64,000 nt of DNA from Methylacidiphilum caldifontis (GTDB taxonomy: Bacteria > Verrucomicrobiota > Verrucomicrobiia > Methylacidiphilales > CAMAQI01): the NCBI GenBank assembly GCA_945877805.1, contig CAMCSM010000003.1:1295-65294 (forward strand), given 5' to 3'. The notes under the pieces were generated by a model. The model did no database searches. It saw only the letters and a list, made by a program, of their open reading frames with translations, and was not told the DNA's origin. Of this stretch, positions 53,348 through 63,568 are shown piece after piece. The position numbers and the translations under genes were made by a program. How positions within the stretch are numbered: position 1 is the stretch's first letter; the number at the start of each line of letters is the position of its first letter.

Positions 53348-53725
53348 ATGTCAATGAATGTGCAATTGCTCGAAAAGATTGAAGCGGAACAATTCCGTAA
53401 AGTTTCCCCATTTAAAGTGGGTGATTCTGTGAAGGTTCACACCCGAGTTAAAGAGGGTGAAAAAGAACGAACTCAAATTTATGCGGGTGTCGTGATCGGT
53501 CGTAAAGGCCGTGGATTAAACGAAAACTTTACCGTTCGCCGAATCAGCTTCGGTGAAGGGGTCGAGCGTGTTTTCCCAATCAACTCTCCCCTCGTTGAAA
53601 AAGTAGTCGTTGATCGTTCAGGCCAAGTCCGCCGTGCGAAACTTTACTTTCTCCGCGGTCGTAAGGGTAAAGAGGCTTTGTCTGTAAAAGCAGAAAAGAC
53701 CGATAAAAACAAAAAGAAGAAATAA
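53348..53725 (+). CDS. rplS: 50S ribosomal protein L19
   Basis: FKVGDSVKVHTRVKEGEKERTQIYAGVVI...VRRAKLYFLRGRKGK. GAAGGAG RBS 7 nt upstream of the ATG at 53348. Confidence 0.95.
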   Translation: MSMNVQLLEKIEAEQFRKVSPFKVGDSVKVHTRVKEGEKERTQIYAGVVIGRKGRGLNENFTVRRISFGEGVERVFPINSPLVEKVVVDRSGQVRRAKLYFLRGRKGKEALSVKAEKTDKNKKKK

Positions 53726-53748
53726 AACTCTTTTTTCGTTTCAGATTT

Positions 53749-55017
53749 TTAAAGCCCCGTGGTTCGCCACGGGGTTTTTTGTTTCTCAATCATCTCGCAG
53801 GCTCTCTGCACTCCATTCTCCGATCGGACCTTAACTCCAATCTCCCGTGCTCTTTCAAAGGCTCCGATTCGCTCTAATTTCCTAAAGGCATTCCGAAAAT
53901 CGTTTGCCGTTCTTCGGTTTCTCTTCAGAACCACCGCAATCCCCAATCCCTCTAATCTCATCGCATTATTCGGCTGATCAAAAGCATAAGGACAAGCGAC
54001 ACTCGGAATCCCCGCTCGCATCGCCTGACCGACTCCCCCTATCCCACATTGATGAATTACTCCCTTGCAATAAGGCATCAGCTTTTCATGGGGGGCATAA
54101 AGAACCGCAATCAGATTTTTAGGTAAATTCTCCGGTCGATTCTCCTCTCGACCGATCAAAAGCACCGCCCGCTCTGAACTCCCTGCAACCGAAGCGACAG
54201 CCTCTCGATAAAAATCGCCGGCTTCATAAATTGCAACGGTCCCTAAGGTAAATAACCACGGTTTCTCACCAGAGCTTAAAAAAAAACTCAATTCAGAACT
54301 CAAAGCGGCCTCCTCCTCTTTAAAACAAAATCCAGTCTGATGAAAATGTGGGGGATAGTCAGAGGGATTTGAGGCAAAATGCTCGCTGTATAACTGGAGA
54401 ACGAGTTGATCCGACCAGGCTCCAAAAAGATAGTTAGAATGAGGGGGCAATCCCTGACGTTGATAAAAAAGATCAAGGGTCGGGCGAACCGTTTTTTGAC
54501 ACCATTTCTCTCCCCATTTCCAGAAGAAATTGTTAAGCCACTCCCCGATTGTTCCAGAAAACGGCTGATGATAGGCTCCCGCGGGAGCGGTATAACGGGA
54601 TCGGATCACCCCTGGGGCCAGGGTCACGGTCACAAAGGGAATCGCGGTTTTAGCAACCACCACGGGAGCCGCTAAAACGAAGTGATGGGCAATCAATAGA
54701 TCATGCTGTTGTGCCTCCCTTGAAAGAACCTCGACGGTCAGATCAAGTTGAGGGGCAAAAAAATGTTTCACGAAAAGATCCAGGGCCGTCACCCCCATTT
54801 TTTGATGGCTCAAGATCTCAGGAAAATCAAAGATCACCTCAGGACTCACAAAGGTCTCTGTTGCCACAAAACGAATTCCCCTCTGCTGACACTCCTGCGC
54901 CCAATAAGGATTTGCCCCCATCGTCACCTGGTGCCCTCGCTTTTGGAGCTCAAGAGCTAAGGAAAGAAAAGGATGAAAGTCCCCTCTTGATCCCCATGTG
55001 GCTAGTAAAACTTTCAT
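53749..55017 (-). CDS. GT1-family (MGT/UDP-glycosyltransferase-like) glycosyltransferase
   Basis: MKVLLATWGSRGDFHPFLSLALELQKRGHQV. C-terminal HQCGIGGVGQAMRAGIP...DQPNNA. Confidence 0.75.
   Translation of the reverse strand: MKVLLATWGSRGDFHPFLSLALELQKRGHQVTMGANPYWAQECQQRGIRFVATETFVSPEVIFDFPEILSHQKMGVTALDLFVKHFFAPQLDLTVEVLSREAQQHDLLIAHHFVLAAPVVVAKTAIPFVTVTLAPGVIRSRYTAPAGAYHQPFSGTIGEWLNNFFWKWGEKWCQKTVRPTLDLFYQRQGLPPHSNYLFGAWSDQLVLQLYSEHFASNPSDYPPHFHQTGFCFKEEEAALSSELSFFLSSGEKPWLFTLGTVAIYEAGDFYREAVASVAGSSERAVLLIGREENRPENLPKNLIAVLYAPHEKLMPYCKGVIHQCGIGGVGQAMRAGIPSVACPYAFDQPNNAMRLEGLGIAVVLKRNRRTANDFRNAFRKLERIGAFERAREIGVKVRSENGVQRACEMIEKQKTPWRTTGL
53751..53780 (+). terminator. Intrinsic terminator after rplS
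   Basis: ccccgtgg-ttcg-ccacgggg followed by tttttt. An A-run upstream makes it potentially bidirectional. Confidence 0.8.
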
Positions 55018-55089
55018 GTAAACTCAAGTGCTCCACTTATAATCGATCGGTCGAGACTCCGCTTATCCCCCTTTTTCAGAGGAAGTGAG

Positions 55090-55944
55090 TTACTTCCCTG
55101 AATGATCAGCGGGAGGGGTTACGATCAACAGTTTCTGCCCTTGAGACAACCGCGCTCTCTTGACACTTCCCTCCAACGATTGTCCCCCTTGTACCATCAC
55201 GAGACCATCGGCTCCAGATTGTAATGCGGGACGGCCTTGGGGAGAGGATCGATAGTCAGCTTGATTCTGCAGGACTCCAGAGGCAGAGATACGACTGTAA
55301 CGATAGTAGCCCTGTCCTTTAGGATGAAGAACATGAAGATCACCTTGGGAATCAAATTTCGATTCAGGAGTAATAAAAGAGACCATATCCCCGAGACTAT
55401 AAGTCGCATAAACTTTGTTTTCGGTCGGCTCTTCGATTCGCACAAAAACCTGCGTATTCGACGATGACGGGGAAAATCGAAGGAGGGAATAGATTCGTTG
55501 AACGCCATTGATCGGCCTTGATTCACTCCAAACCGAGACCCCATTGGCGACATTTACGATCGAGATAGGGGTTACGTACTGAGTCCCATTCACATCGACG
55601 ACCCCTTGAATATGGTAGGCCCCTAACTCTCGAATGGAATAAAGAGGAGTGATATTGATCGAGATTGTTTTTCGACTCCCGGATTCCAATTCAAGAGGCT
55701 CTATCGTTAATTTATTATCCGGTCGGATACTCGTCCCACTGCGATCGGTGACGATAAAACTCACCCAATCTCCAGAAACCTTTAAGGGAGATCCACTATT
55801 ATTGAGGATCGTTAATTTAACAGGAATTGGCTCATAAAGTAGAAATTGATCTCGATCAATCTGAACCCCGATCTGAATTTGAGCAGGGAGGAGGATCAAA
55901 GTCGCCATCAAAGAGAACGCCATCCAAAATTGCCGCATCATCAT
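55090..55944 (-). CDS. Secreted hypothetical protein
   Basis: Signal peptide. Beta-rich sequence with no recognised family. Confidence 0.4.
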   Translation of the reverse strand: MMMRQFWMAFSLMATLILLPAQIQIGVQIDRDQFLLYEPIPVKLTILNNSGSPLKVSGDWVSFIVTDRSGTSIRPDNKLTIEPLELESGSRKTISINITPLYSIRELGAYHIQGVVDVNGTQYVTPISIVNVANGVSVWSESRPINGVQRIYSLLRFSPSSSNTQVFVRIEEPTENKVYATYSLGDMVSFITPESKFDSQGDLHVLHPKGQGYYRYSRISASGVLQNQADYRSSPQGRPALQSGADGLVMVQGGQSLEGSVKRARLSQGQKLLIVTPPADHSGK

Positions 55945-55996
55945 AGTCTATCGGAACAGAGGAAGGAAAACAAAGTCAATTTTAGGAAAAAAAACA

Positions 55997-56722
55997 TTAT
56001 CTTAAATTCCATCCCCCACTGACCACGATATTCGACCCATTCACATAGTTTGATTCAGGCTTCAATAAAAACTCGATCACATTCCAAATATCTTCAAACG
56101 TTCCATACCGTCCGGCAGGAATCTTCTTCTTTGAAAGCTTCCCGACACTATTTTCCAGCCACCCAGGAGAAACCATATTCACGGTAGTTCCAAAAGAGGC
56201 CTCTGATTGAGCAAACGATTTCGTCAACATCAGAACCCCCGTTTTCCCAATATGGTAGCTCATCGCTAAATCTCGAGCCCCGATTCGATCACAACTCGAA
56301 TCTCCGATATTAATCACTCTTCCGTGTTGAGAATTTCGAATTAAGGGAAGGAGGGCCTGGGTCGTTAAAAAGGTCGCCGAGGCGGTCGAATTTAACCCCT
56401 CAAACCACTCTTGAGTCGATAGATCGATCAACTCTTTGGCACAATAAACTCCGGCATTATTCACCAAACAATCCAAGACACCAAAACGTTTTTTAATTTC
56501 TTGAGCCATTTTCAAACTCGTTGACGGTACCGCCAAATCCCCCTGAAAAACCGCAATCGCATTGATTCGTCGTGCTAACTTCAGCGCCTCCGATTGACGA
56601 GTCCGATAATGAAGAATCACTTGATACCCTTCCTTCGAAAACGATTCCGCCAAAAAAGCCCCCAATCCATGTCCGGATCCGGTAATCAATGCAATCGGTG
56701 CGGTCGCTTTCTTCCTCTTCAT
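55997..56722 (-). CDS. Short-chain dehydrogenase/reductase
   Basis: ITGSGHGLG, NNAG and Y...K (YHIGK) catalytic motifs. Confidence 0.85.
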   Translation of the reverse strand: MKRKKATAPIALITGSGHGLGAFLAESFSKEGYQVILHYRTRQSEALKLARRINAIAVFQGDLAVPSTSLKMAQEIKKRFGVLDCLVNNAGVYCAKELIDLSTQEWFEGLNSTASATFLTTQALLPLIRNSQHGRVINIGDSSCDRIGARDLAMSYHIGKTGVLMLTKSFAQSEASFGTTVNMVSPGWLENSVGKLSKKKIPAGRYGTFEDIWNVIEFLLKPESNYVNGSNIVVSGGWNLR

Positions 56723-56965
56723 CGTTAAAAAATATCAAAGATCAAGAGCATTTGCATCAAAAGATTTTTACCAATCGATCTTCGAGTTTGGATCACAACA
56801 TCCCGCCTCATGGGGAACAGGGGTAGGCGATGGAGTGGGATCACAACAGGACATAAAAGGAAAAATAGAGAAATGACGCCCCATTGCAAGAGTAGCGAAA
56901 TCCATTCTCATCCCCAGTATCCATGCACACGAGAGATCCCGCACGTTTTTTCTTCTAATTTTAAC

Positions 56966-58066
56966 TTAATAGACCCGAATGACTTTAATCTTTTTAAGAT
57001 CCCCCTCCCCTAATCCAGCAGCGGCACAAGAATTGAGATGTCGCGCCTGCTCATTGACCGGAACCACTTTAAAAATTTTTCGACCCTTCTGAATTTGCTC
57101 CAAAACTAAGGTGTCAATCGCCACAGGATCCTGTCCCATCATCAATAATCCAAGCGGCTTTGCAAAGTGAGGGGTAAAATTCGGCCCCCCGGCAAATTGA
57201 GCGACCATTCCATCCATGACATGCAGAACGACTTTCTTACGAAAAAGATCTCGATCTAATATCTCAGAGACCGCTGGATCACCCGCATTCGCGAGATTCG
57301 TGAAACGACGGGTATTATCAACACTTGAAATGGCAAGGGAACTATTACATCCCCAAATCCCTAACGTATCGTGATCGATGAAGCTGGCGAGATTCACAAT
57401 TTTTTGACACCGCTTCGTGAGAACTGTTGTGAAATAAGACTTGTTGCTCAGTTGATCCTCTGTCCCCACAGATTCCTCTCCCTTCTCTCGTGCCGCTTTC
57501 TCCGCCATTTTTAAAAGATCCTCCTTTTCGATCCGCTTTTTAAAAAACAGATCTCCCCAAATTAAACTCCCCAGATATTCATTCACATAAAACAGCTCCT
57601 CACTAAATCCAGCCCCAGGGATAACCGATTCTAAACGATAATACTTACTCTCTCCCGATCGATAACCGGATCGTTGCATCTCCTCTTGATACTTATCCCA
57701 AACAACCACCTCTTTCGCCCCCGCTTGAAGAAGCCCTACCGAAATCTCCTCAACAAGAGATTGACGACTTGCAATCACCGAACCGCCGGCGGTATTAATC
57801 TTGATCCCCACGACCTCCCCTTGCTTAATCCCGAGAGATCTCCACGCACGAGCGGAGTCACTTTCTCCCGTCCATTGAAGAAGCATTCTTTTAAAAAGCT
57901 CTCGCATCTCATCATCATCGACACGGAATTCAGTCACCCACTCGGGACGTTCTGAAACTAAAACGGTCCCTTTTCTAGGAACAACGGTCTCGGCAATAAG
58001 AAATCCGCTAAGAAAAAAGAAAAAGAGAATCCTCCAGTGAAGATGATTATTTTGAATGCAGGTCAT
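56966..58066 (-). CDS. DUF362-like protein with N-terminal signal/anchor
   Basis: VGIKINTAGG...DPVAIDTLV...HLNSCAAAGLGEGDLKKIKV resembles DUF362. Confidence 0.45.
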   Translation of the reverse strand: MTCIQNNHLHWRILFFFFLSGFLIAETVVPRKGTVLVSERPEWVTEFRVDDDEMRELFKRMLLQWTGESDSARAWRSLGIKQGEVVGIKINTAGGSVIASRQSLVEEISVGLLQAGAKEVVVWDKYQEEMQRSGYRSGESKYYRLESVIPGAGFSEELFYVNEYLGSLIWGDLFFKKRIEKEDLLKMAEKAAREKGEESVGTEDQLSNKSYFTTVLTKRCQKIVNLASFIDHDTLGIWGCNSSLAISSVDNTRRFTNLANAGDPAVSEILDRDLFRKKVVLHVMDGMVAQFAGGPNFTPHFAKPLGLLMMGQDPVAIDTLVLEQIQKGRKIFKVVPVNEQARHLNSCAAAGLGEGDLKKIKVIRVY

Positions 58067-58072
58067 TTCCGT

Positions 58073-58876
58073 TTATCCCAAAGTGATCCGCTCAAGATGT
58101 CCAATGGAACGCTTCAAAAATCTCTCAGCCAACGCTTGAAAGCGAGGAGAGAAATCGGTCACATAGATCTGTGTCGTGCCCATTTCATGACTCTGATTTA
58201 ATAATTGATGACTCTCTAATGTTCGCTGAAGCGCAATCGCCATGTTTTCCGCAGAGTCCACGAGCTTCATTCGCCCTTGAACGATCTCTTGAAGACGCCG
58301 TTTCAAAAGAGGATAATGAGTACAGCCCAAGACCAAGGTATCGACCTGCTCTTGAATCATGACTTTAAGGTACTCCTTTAAAATAAGATCGGTCGCAGGA
58401 TGCTCTAACCAATCCTCTTCCACAAGCGGAACCAGTAACGGGGTCGCCAAGGCCTGAATTTTTAAATCGGGCTTTGCCTTTAATAAAGCGTTTTGATAGG
58501 CGTGACTTTGAATCGTCCCCACAGTTCCAATGATTCCAATCGTTCCCCCGCGACTCGCCTCCAGTGCCGCCCCGACCCCAGGCTCAATCACTCCTAACAG
58601 CGGAAGCGCAAAAAGCTCCCTCAATCGGACTAAACTATAAGCCGTCGCTGTATTACAGGCAACCACCACTGCTTTGACTTTTTTCGAAACCAGAAACTGC
58701 GTGATCTGAATCGCATACTCTTGGATCGTTTCAGGGGATTTATTTCCGTAAGGAACTCTTGCGGTATCCCCAAGATAAATAATCGACTCATGCGGAAGGA
58801 GATCTTGAATCTCCTTCACAACCGTCAATCCCCCGACACCAGAATCAAAGACCCCGATCGGAAGCTCCGCACTCAT
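58073..58876 (-). CDS. murI: Glutamate racemase
   Basis: IGVFDSGVGGLTV, VVACNTA, LGCTHYP. Confidence 0.9.
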   Translation of the reverse strand: MSAELPIGVFDSGVGGLTVVKEIQDLLPHESIIYLGDTARVPYGNKSPETIQEYAIQITQFLVSKKVKAVVVACNTATAYSLVRLRELFALPLLGVIEPGVGAALEASRGGTIGIIGTVGTIQSHAYQNALLKAKPDLKIQALATPLLVPLVEEDWLEHPATDLILKEYLKVMIQEQVDTLVLGCTHYPLLKRRLQEIVQGRMKLVDSAENMAIALQRTLESHQLLNQSHEMGTTQIYVTDFSPRFQALAERFLKRSIGHLERITLG

Positions 58877-60465
58877 GGCTTAACCTCAGAGGAGGCGGGA
58901 GCTCGATTTTTCTCAACCTCCATCGGTCGAATATTGACCTCAGGAATACGAACGGAAGAGGGGCTTTGCATGTAAATCTCCACTTCTGGAGTCGACTGCG
59001 AAGATTCAAAATCCTCTTTGGCCTCTGATCTCGGCTTTAAAGGAGACTCTATTTTAGGAGGAACCTCCTCCTCACTCTTTTCCAAAGCCGGTTTTACTTT
59101 CGGAATTTCAATCCCCTCATTTGTACTTGGAATCGCCGCTGGCTCCGGATTGAAAACAAAGGGCTGATCATAGAGGTTCGGCTGCGAAGAGGAATTCGTC
59201 ATGGAATGATAAAGCGATAAAGGAGATTGAACTGAATTCGTATTGAGCGTCGCTCTTCTAATCGGCGGGAGTTCAATCACACGATTCGTCACCGCATTCA
59301 CCACCGCATTCGTACTTTTTGCAGGAGGAAGCTTGCTCACGCTATTCGTGACCGCTTTCACAGGAACCGAATTCGTTAAAGGAGGAACCTTCACGGGAAC
59401 AAGAGGAGGTTTAGCGGGGGTCACAGGAAGCGCCGTTGGAGGAACCACCGCTGGCTTTGTGGGGGTCGACCCGCGGTTATAATAGTATTCAATTCCGTTC
59501 GCAATTTTTTCAGCCAATGATTGACGATAATCGGAGGAACTAATCCGAGAAGACTCGGTTCGATTGGAGAGAAAACCGCCTTCCACTAAGACGGCTGGAA
59601 TAGAGTTCTCTTTAAGGACCACAAATCGGGCCCGCTTTACTCCCCGATCCGCCTCTTCATCTTTAGGATTTAACTGGATGATTTCTTTGTGAATCGAAGT
59701 CGCTAAAAAAATATTTAAAAGATCCGATTTGTTTCCAGGCATTGTCACCGAATCTCTTTTAAAAATTCGTCCCTCATACTCCGTAGAGCTGGCTCCGAGA
59801 GGGGGAAAGCAGTAGGTTTCAATTCCGCGCGCACTTCCGGAGGCATCATTGAAATGAAGACTCACAAAAATATAGTCCGGATATCGCGCTGCAATATTTG
59901 CCCGTTCCTCTAACTCAATAAAAACATCTTTACGACGAGTCATCACCGTTGCAATCCCCCGAGATTTAAGGATCTTCTCTAAGCGAAAAGCGGTATCCAA
60001 GGTCATCTCCTTCTCTCGAATACCCTTACGACTGACCGCTCCGCGATCATCTCCCCCATGTCCCGGATCAATGACGACCCCCTTTGTTTCCGAATTAATT
60101 TCAAGATTCACCGGCCTTAAAAGGGGCTCAAAAAACTTTGAAACATCTTTACGGGAGATTAACCAATCGGAATCGGTTTGAACAATATTATAAGTCGACC
60201 AAATACGTGCTCCATTCAGAAAACAGTTTCGGCTCCCTTTACGAATTTTTAACTGAAAAGAGGGGCTTTTTAACGTGATCTCCTCTTGATCTAAAGAGTT
60301 TTCAGGGTAATTAAATTTGTAGAACTTACAAAAGGACCGTAAAGAGACGTACTCTCCTCTCTCATGCTTAATAATTTCCCAATCGGAACGGAGAAACCCT
60401 ACACTGAAAAGAAGCAGTAAGAGAGATGCTTGAAAAAGTGAGTAAATGCAGTTCATAACGATCAT
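58873..60465 (-). CDS. N-acetylmuramoyl-L-alanine amidase (Amidase_3) with Pro-rich C-terminal region
   Basis: VVIDPGHGGDDRGA, FVSLHFNDA, AVLVEGGFLSN. Confidence 0.85.
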   Translation of the reverse strand: MIVMNCIYSLFQASLLLLLFSVGFLRSDWEIIKHERGEYVSLRSFCKFYKFNYPENSLDQEEITLKSPSFQLKIRKGSRNCFLNGARIWSTYNIVQTDSDWLISRKDVSKFFEPLLRPVNLEINSETKGVVIDPGHGGDDRGAVSRKGIREKEMTLDTAFRLEKILKSRGIATVMTRRKDVFIELEERANIAARYPDYIFVSLHFNDASGSARGIETYCFPPLGASSTEYEGRIFKRDSVTMPGNKSDLLNIFLATSIHKEIIQLNPKDEEADRGVKRARFVVLKENSIPAVLVEGGFLSNRTESSRISSSDYRQSLAEKIANGIEYYYNRGSTPTKPAVVPPTALPVTPAKPPLVPVKVPPLTNSVPVKAVTNSVSKLPPAKSTNAVVNAVTNRVIELPPIRRATLNTNSVQSPLSLYHSMTNSSSQPNLYDQPFVFNPEPAAIPSTNEGIEIPKVKPALEKSEEEVPPKIESPLKPRSEAKEDFESSQSTPEVEIYMQSPSSVRIPEVNIRPMEVEKNRAPASSEVKP

Positions 60466-61241
60466 TTGAGAGAGATTGGCCAGTTATCGAGAAGCCGGGT
60501 TTTTCCGACCCAAGCAGCAACGCAAAGTCGCCCTTGAGATTCCTCGACATAATCAAGTTTAATTCCTTTAATTTTTGAGAGATTTTGAGTCAGCCATTTT
60601 TTACGATCCCGCCGTCCGGCCGCGACCTGAAGCAATAAGGGGATCGCCAAGGCACGATCTCGTTCCTGAGCAGAGAGATAAACATTACGGGAGCTGAAGG
60701 CCAAGCCATCACGATCACGAACAATCTCTACAGGCTCAATTTTCACCGGAATATTTAAATCACTTACCACCCGCTGAATGACCTCCACTTGCTGAGCATC
60801 TTTCCAGCCAAAAAAAGCTCGATCCGGTTGCACGAGATTTAAGAGCTTTGTAACCACTGTAGCAACTCCTTGAAAATGAGCCGGACGAGTCACTCCACAA
60901 CGTCCTTGGGAAAGTTCTTTTTCCAGAACGATCGTCGTCCCCTCAGGATGATAAAGATTTTGCGGACGATAGATCAAATCCACTCCGTTTTTTTGACAAA
61001 GCGCTCGATCTTTCACCCATGGTCGTGGATAGCGAAGATAATCCTCTTCGGGAGCAAACTGGGTCGGATTCACATAAATACTTAAAATCACCCGATCACA
61101 AAGCCGTTGCGCCGCCTCAACGAGTCGGAGGTGCCCTTGATGAAGGGCTCCCATCGTCGGAACAAACCCGAGGGTTTCCCCTTGGGATCTCCAAATTTTA
61201 ACCTGCGCACGAAGCAATTTTTCTGTTTCTACGACCTTCAC
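60462..61241 (-). CDS. panC: Pantoate--beta-alanine ligase
   Basis: GFVPTMGALHQGHLRLV, SIYVNPTQF, FGWKDAQQ. Confidence 0.9.
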   Translation of the reverse strand: MKVVETEKLLRAQVKIWRSQGETLGFVPTMGALHQGHLRLVEAAQRLCDRVILSIYVNPTQFAPEEDYLRYPRPWVKDRALCQKNGVDLIYRPQNLYHPEGTTIVLEKELSQGRCGVTRPAHFQGVATVVTKLLNLVQPDRAFFGWKDAQQVEVIQRVVSDLNIPVKIEPVEIVRDRDGLAFSSRNVYLSAQERDRALAIPLLLQVAAGRRDRKKWLTQNLSKIKGIKLDYVEESQGRLCVAAWVGKTRLLDNWPISLK

Positions 61242-61394
61242 ATCATTTCTTTCACTGTTCAGTTCCGTAGCCCCTCTCTGTCGGGAGGGAGAAACCGTCC
61301 CTCTGTTTTAGACTCAGATTTAAAAAACTCCACTCAAAATTCCTGTTTTTCTGTTGCCACAAGATCTAAGCTCTTCCATCGTTCCCGACTGACC

Positions 61395-63383
61395 ATGATC
61401 GCCCCCCGTGAACAACTCGCCTCAGCCCTTGCTTTAGAGGTCGAAAAGCTCTTTTCGATCGATGGAGTCATGTCTGAAGCAAAAAAATTTGAATATCGGG
61501 AGTCTCAACAACAAATGGCGGTCGCAGTCGCCGAATCGTTGGAAAATAAGCATGCCTTGATTGTTGAGGCAGGCACCGGGGTCGGTAAAAGCCTCGGCTA
61601 TCTCATTCCCTCCATCCTCTATGCCCGCCGCCAAAATAAAAAAGCGGTCATCTCCACGCATACCATCAATCTTCAAGAGCAACTCCTTCATAAAGATATC
61701 CCGCTTGCGCGAAAAATCCTCAAAGAGGATTTCGCTGCCGTTATTCTTAAAGGCAGACAAAACTACCTCTGTCCACGTCGGCTCGAAAGAGCAATGAGGA
61801 ATCCTGGGGATCTCTTCCTCAAAGCAGAGGCAGAGGAACTCAAACGAATCTGGGAATGGTCCAAACAGACCAAAGATGGAACCCTCTCCGATTTCCGGCT
61901 CCCCCCAGATCCTAAAGTCTGGCATCAGGTCTGTAGCGAGGCGCACGTCTGCACCGCCCGAACCTGTGGCAATAACGCTCACTGTTTCTTTCAAAATGCT
62001 CGTGTCCAAGCCCAACTCGCCCCCGTCGTCATCGTCAATCACTCTCTTTTCTTTTCTCTCGTCAGCGGATTTGATCCTGAAGATTCTCTTAACGAGAAAG
62101 GCTACCTTTTTGCCAACGACTTTGTCGTTTTTGATGAGGCCCATACCCTTGAAAATGTCGCCTCGAAACATCTCGGGTTTACCCTCTCAAAAAATGGGAT
62201 TCGGGGACTCCTCCAACGCCTCTTTCATCCCAAAAATCAAAAGGGAATTCTCCAGATGCTTCGGCAAAGTGATTCAATCCGAACCGCGGTTGAGCTCATG
62301 GATCAATTTGAACTCTTTTTCGGCGGAATCGAAAATCAGATCGAATTCAAAAAATCGAACGAAATTCGAATCCGAAAACCGGATCTTGTTGAAGACTCCG
62401 TCGCCCTCCCCTTAATCAAACTCCACCGACAACTGCTCGATCTCGCTGAGGATCAGGAGGATGAAAGCCTTAAAATGGAACTTCAAGATTACGCCCGACG
62501 TCTTGAGGCGATCAAACTCGAGATCAGCGACTTTCTCACTCAAGGAGATGAAGGGATGGTCTATTGGGTCGAAAAAACCGGGAAAGCCGGTCAAGATCTT
62601 CAACTCTGCGCGGCCCCGATCGATGTCGCCCCTCGTCTTGAAAAGATCCTCTTTCGCAATGAGCAAACCGCGATCTTTACCAGTGCCACTCTCTCCGTAG
62701 GCAAGGGACTCACCTATTTCCAAAAGCGCGTCGGAGGAACGAAAGCCCCCTGCCTTCAGCTCTCCTCACCCTTTGACTACGCAAAACAGATGACCGTTTA
62801 CGTTCCGAAATCGATCCCCGATCCGACACAAACCTTCGACTATGAAAATGCCCTCTCTCGCTGGATCAAACACTTTACCGAGATGACTGGAGGGAAAGCC
62901 CTGGTGCTCTTCACAAGTTACAAAACCTTAAAAAGCCTTACCGAAAAACTTCGCCCTTATTTCATCCAAAAACGAATTCAACTTTTCTCTCAAGCCGACC
63001 CCATTCCTCGACACCAACTGCTTCAAGATTTCCGTGAAAATATCGATTCCGTCCTCTTAGGAACCGAGAGCTTTTGGCAAGGAGTCGATGTTCCCGGAGA
63101 ATCGTTAAGCAACGTCATCATCACCCGACTCCCCTTTCAAGTCCCCGATCATCCGTTGATCGAAGCGAAACTGGAACATATTCGATCCCAGGGGGGAGAT
63201 CCCTTTCGTGAATATTCATTACCCGAGGCCATTCTCAAATTTCGCCAAGGGATCGGCCGGCTGATTCGCTCCAAACACGATACCGGAATCGTTGCGATTC
63301 TCGACAATCGAATCATTACAAAACCGTACGGAAAAGCCTTTCTCTCCATCCTTCCCGATTGTCCCGTCAAAATTCTCGAATAA
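61395..63383 (+). CDS. dinG: DinG/Rad3-type ATP-dependent DNA helicase (Fe-S family)
   Basis: EAGTGVGKSLGYL, Cys cluster C..C..C...C, FDEAHTLE, TSATL, SFWQGVDVPG, FRQGIGRLIR. Start moved to 61395. Confidence 0.85.
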   Translation: MIAPREQLASALALEVEKLFSIDGVMSEAKKFEYRESQQQMAVAVAESLENKHALIVEAGTGVGKSLGYLIPSILYARRQNKKAVISTHTINLQEQLLHKDIPLARKILKEDFAAVILKGRQNYLCPRRLERAMRNPGDLFLKAEAEELKRIWEWSKQTKDGTLSDFRLPPDPKVWHQVCSEAHVCTARTCGNNAHCFFQNARVQAQLAPVVIVNHSLFFSLVSGFDPEDSLNEKGYLFANDFVVFDEAHTLENVASKHLGFTLSKNGIRGLLQRLFHPKNQKGILQMLRQSDSIRTAVELMDQFELFFGGIENQIEFKKSNEIRIRKPDLVEDSVALPLIKLHRQLLDLAEDQEDESLKMELQDYARRLEAIKLEISDFLTQGDEGMVYWVEKTGKAGQDLQLCAAPIDVAPRLEKILFRNEQTAIFTSATLSVGKGLTYFQKRVGGTKAPCLQLSSPFDYAKQMTVYVPKSIPDPTQTFDYENALSRWIKHFTEMTGGKALVLFTSYKTLKSLTEKLRPYFIQKRIQLFSQADPIPRHQLLQDFRENIDSVLLGTESFWQGVDVPGESLSNVIITRLPFQVPDHPLIEAKLEHIRSQGGDPFREYSLPEAILKFRQGIGRLIRSKHDTGIVAILDNRIITKPYGKAFLSILPDCPVKILE

Positions 63384-63404
63384 GAAATTATTTGCATCTC
63401 AAAA

Positions 63405-63426
63405 GAGATCACCAAAAGGTGATCTC
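63405..63426 (+). terminator. Hairpin after dinG
   Basis: gagatcacc-aaaa-ggtgatctc. A second palindrome ccccgaaagctttcgggg lies at 63441-63458. Confidence 0.5.
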
Positions 63427-63568
63427 ATTCTCGGGAGCGACCCCGAAAGCTTTCGGGGGAAAGTCGTTTATTTCATTGTTTGAATTCCGATTCTGATCGG
63501 AATTTGCCTTGTTTTGAGGCTTCCTATTAGCGTGGATGAGTGAAGATAAGCGGTTTAAAATTCTTGGC

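Noticed and set aside
58873-59500. The Pro-rich C-terminal half of the amidase, with recurring TNSV/TNRV/TNAV motifs.
   Set aside because: This is a typical low-complexity cell-envelope spacer and shows no evidence of a distinct system.
61107-61394. An N-terminal extension of the dinG ORF starting at 61107.
   Set aside because: It would overlap the divergent panC gene by 135 nt and encodes low-complexity sequence. The conserved helicase N-terminus begins at the ATG at 61395.
61434-62171. Long antisense ORFs in the track. Examples are 61434..62171 (245 aa), 29440..29973 (177 aa), 5134..5565 (143 aa), 19633..20037, 22956..23333, 20524..20892, 42972..43340 and 50863..51231.
   Set aside because: Each lies entirely antisense to, or out of frame within, a gene with strong family motifs (dinG, gspE, the AAA+ gene, pilT, cysK, the GT2 gene). 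None has a recognisable domain, and their composition mirrors the sense gene.
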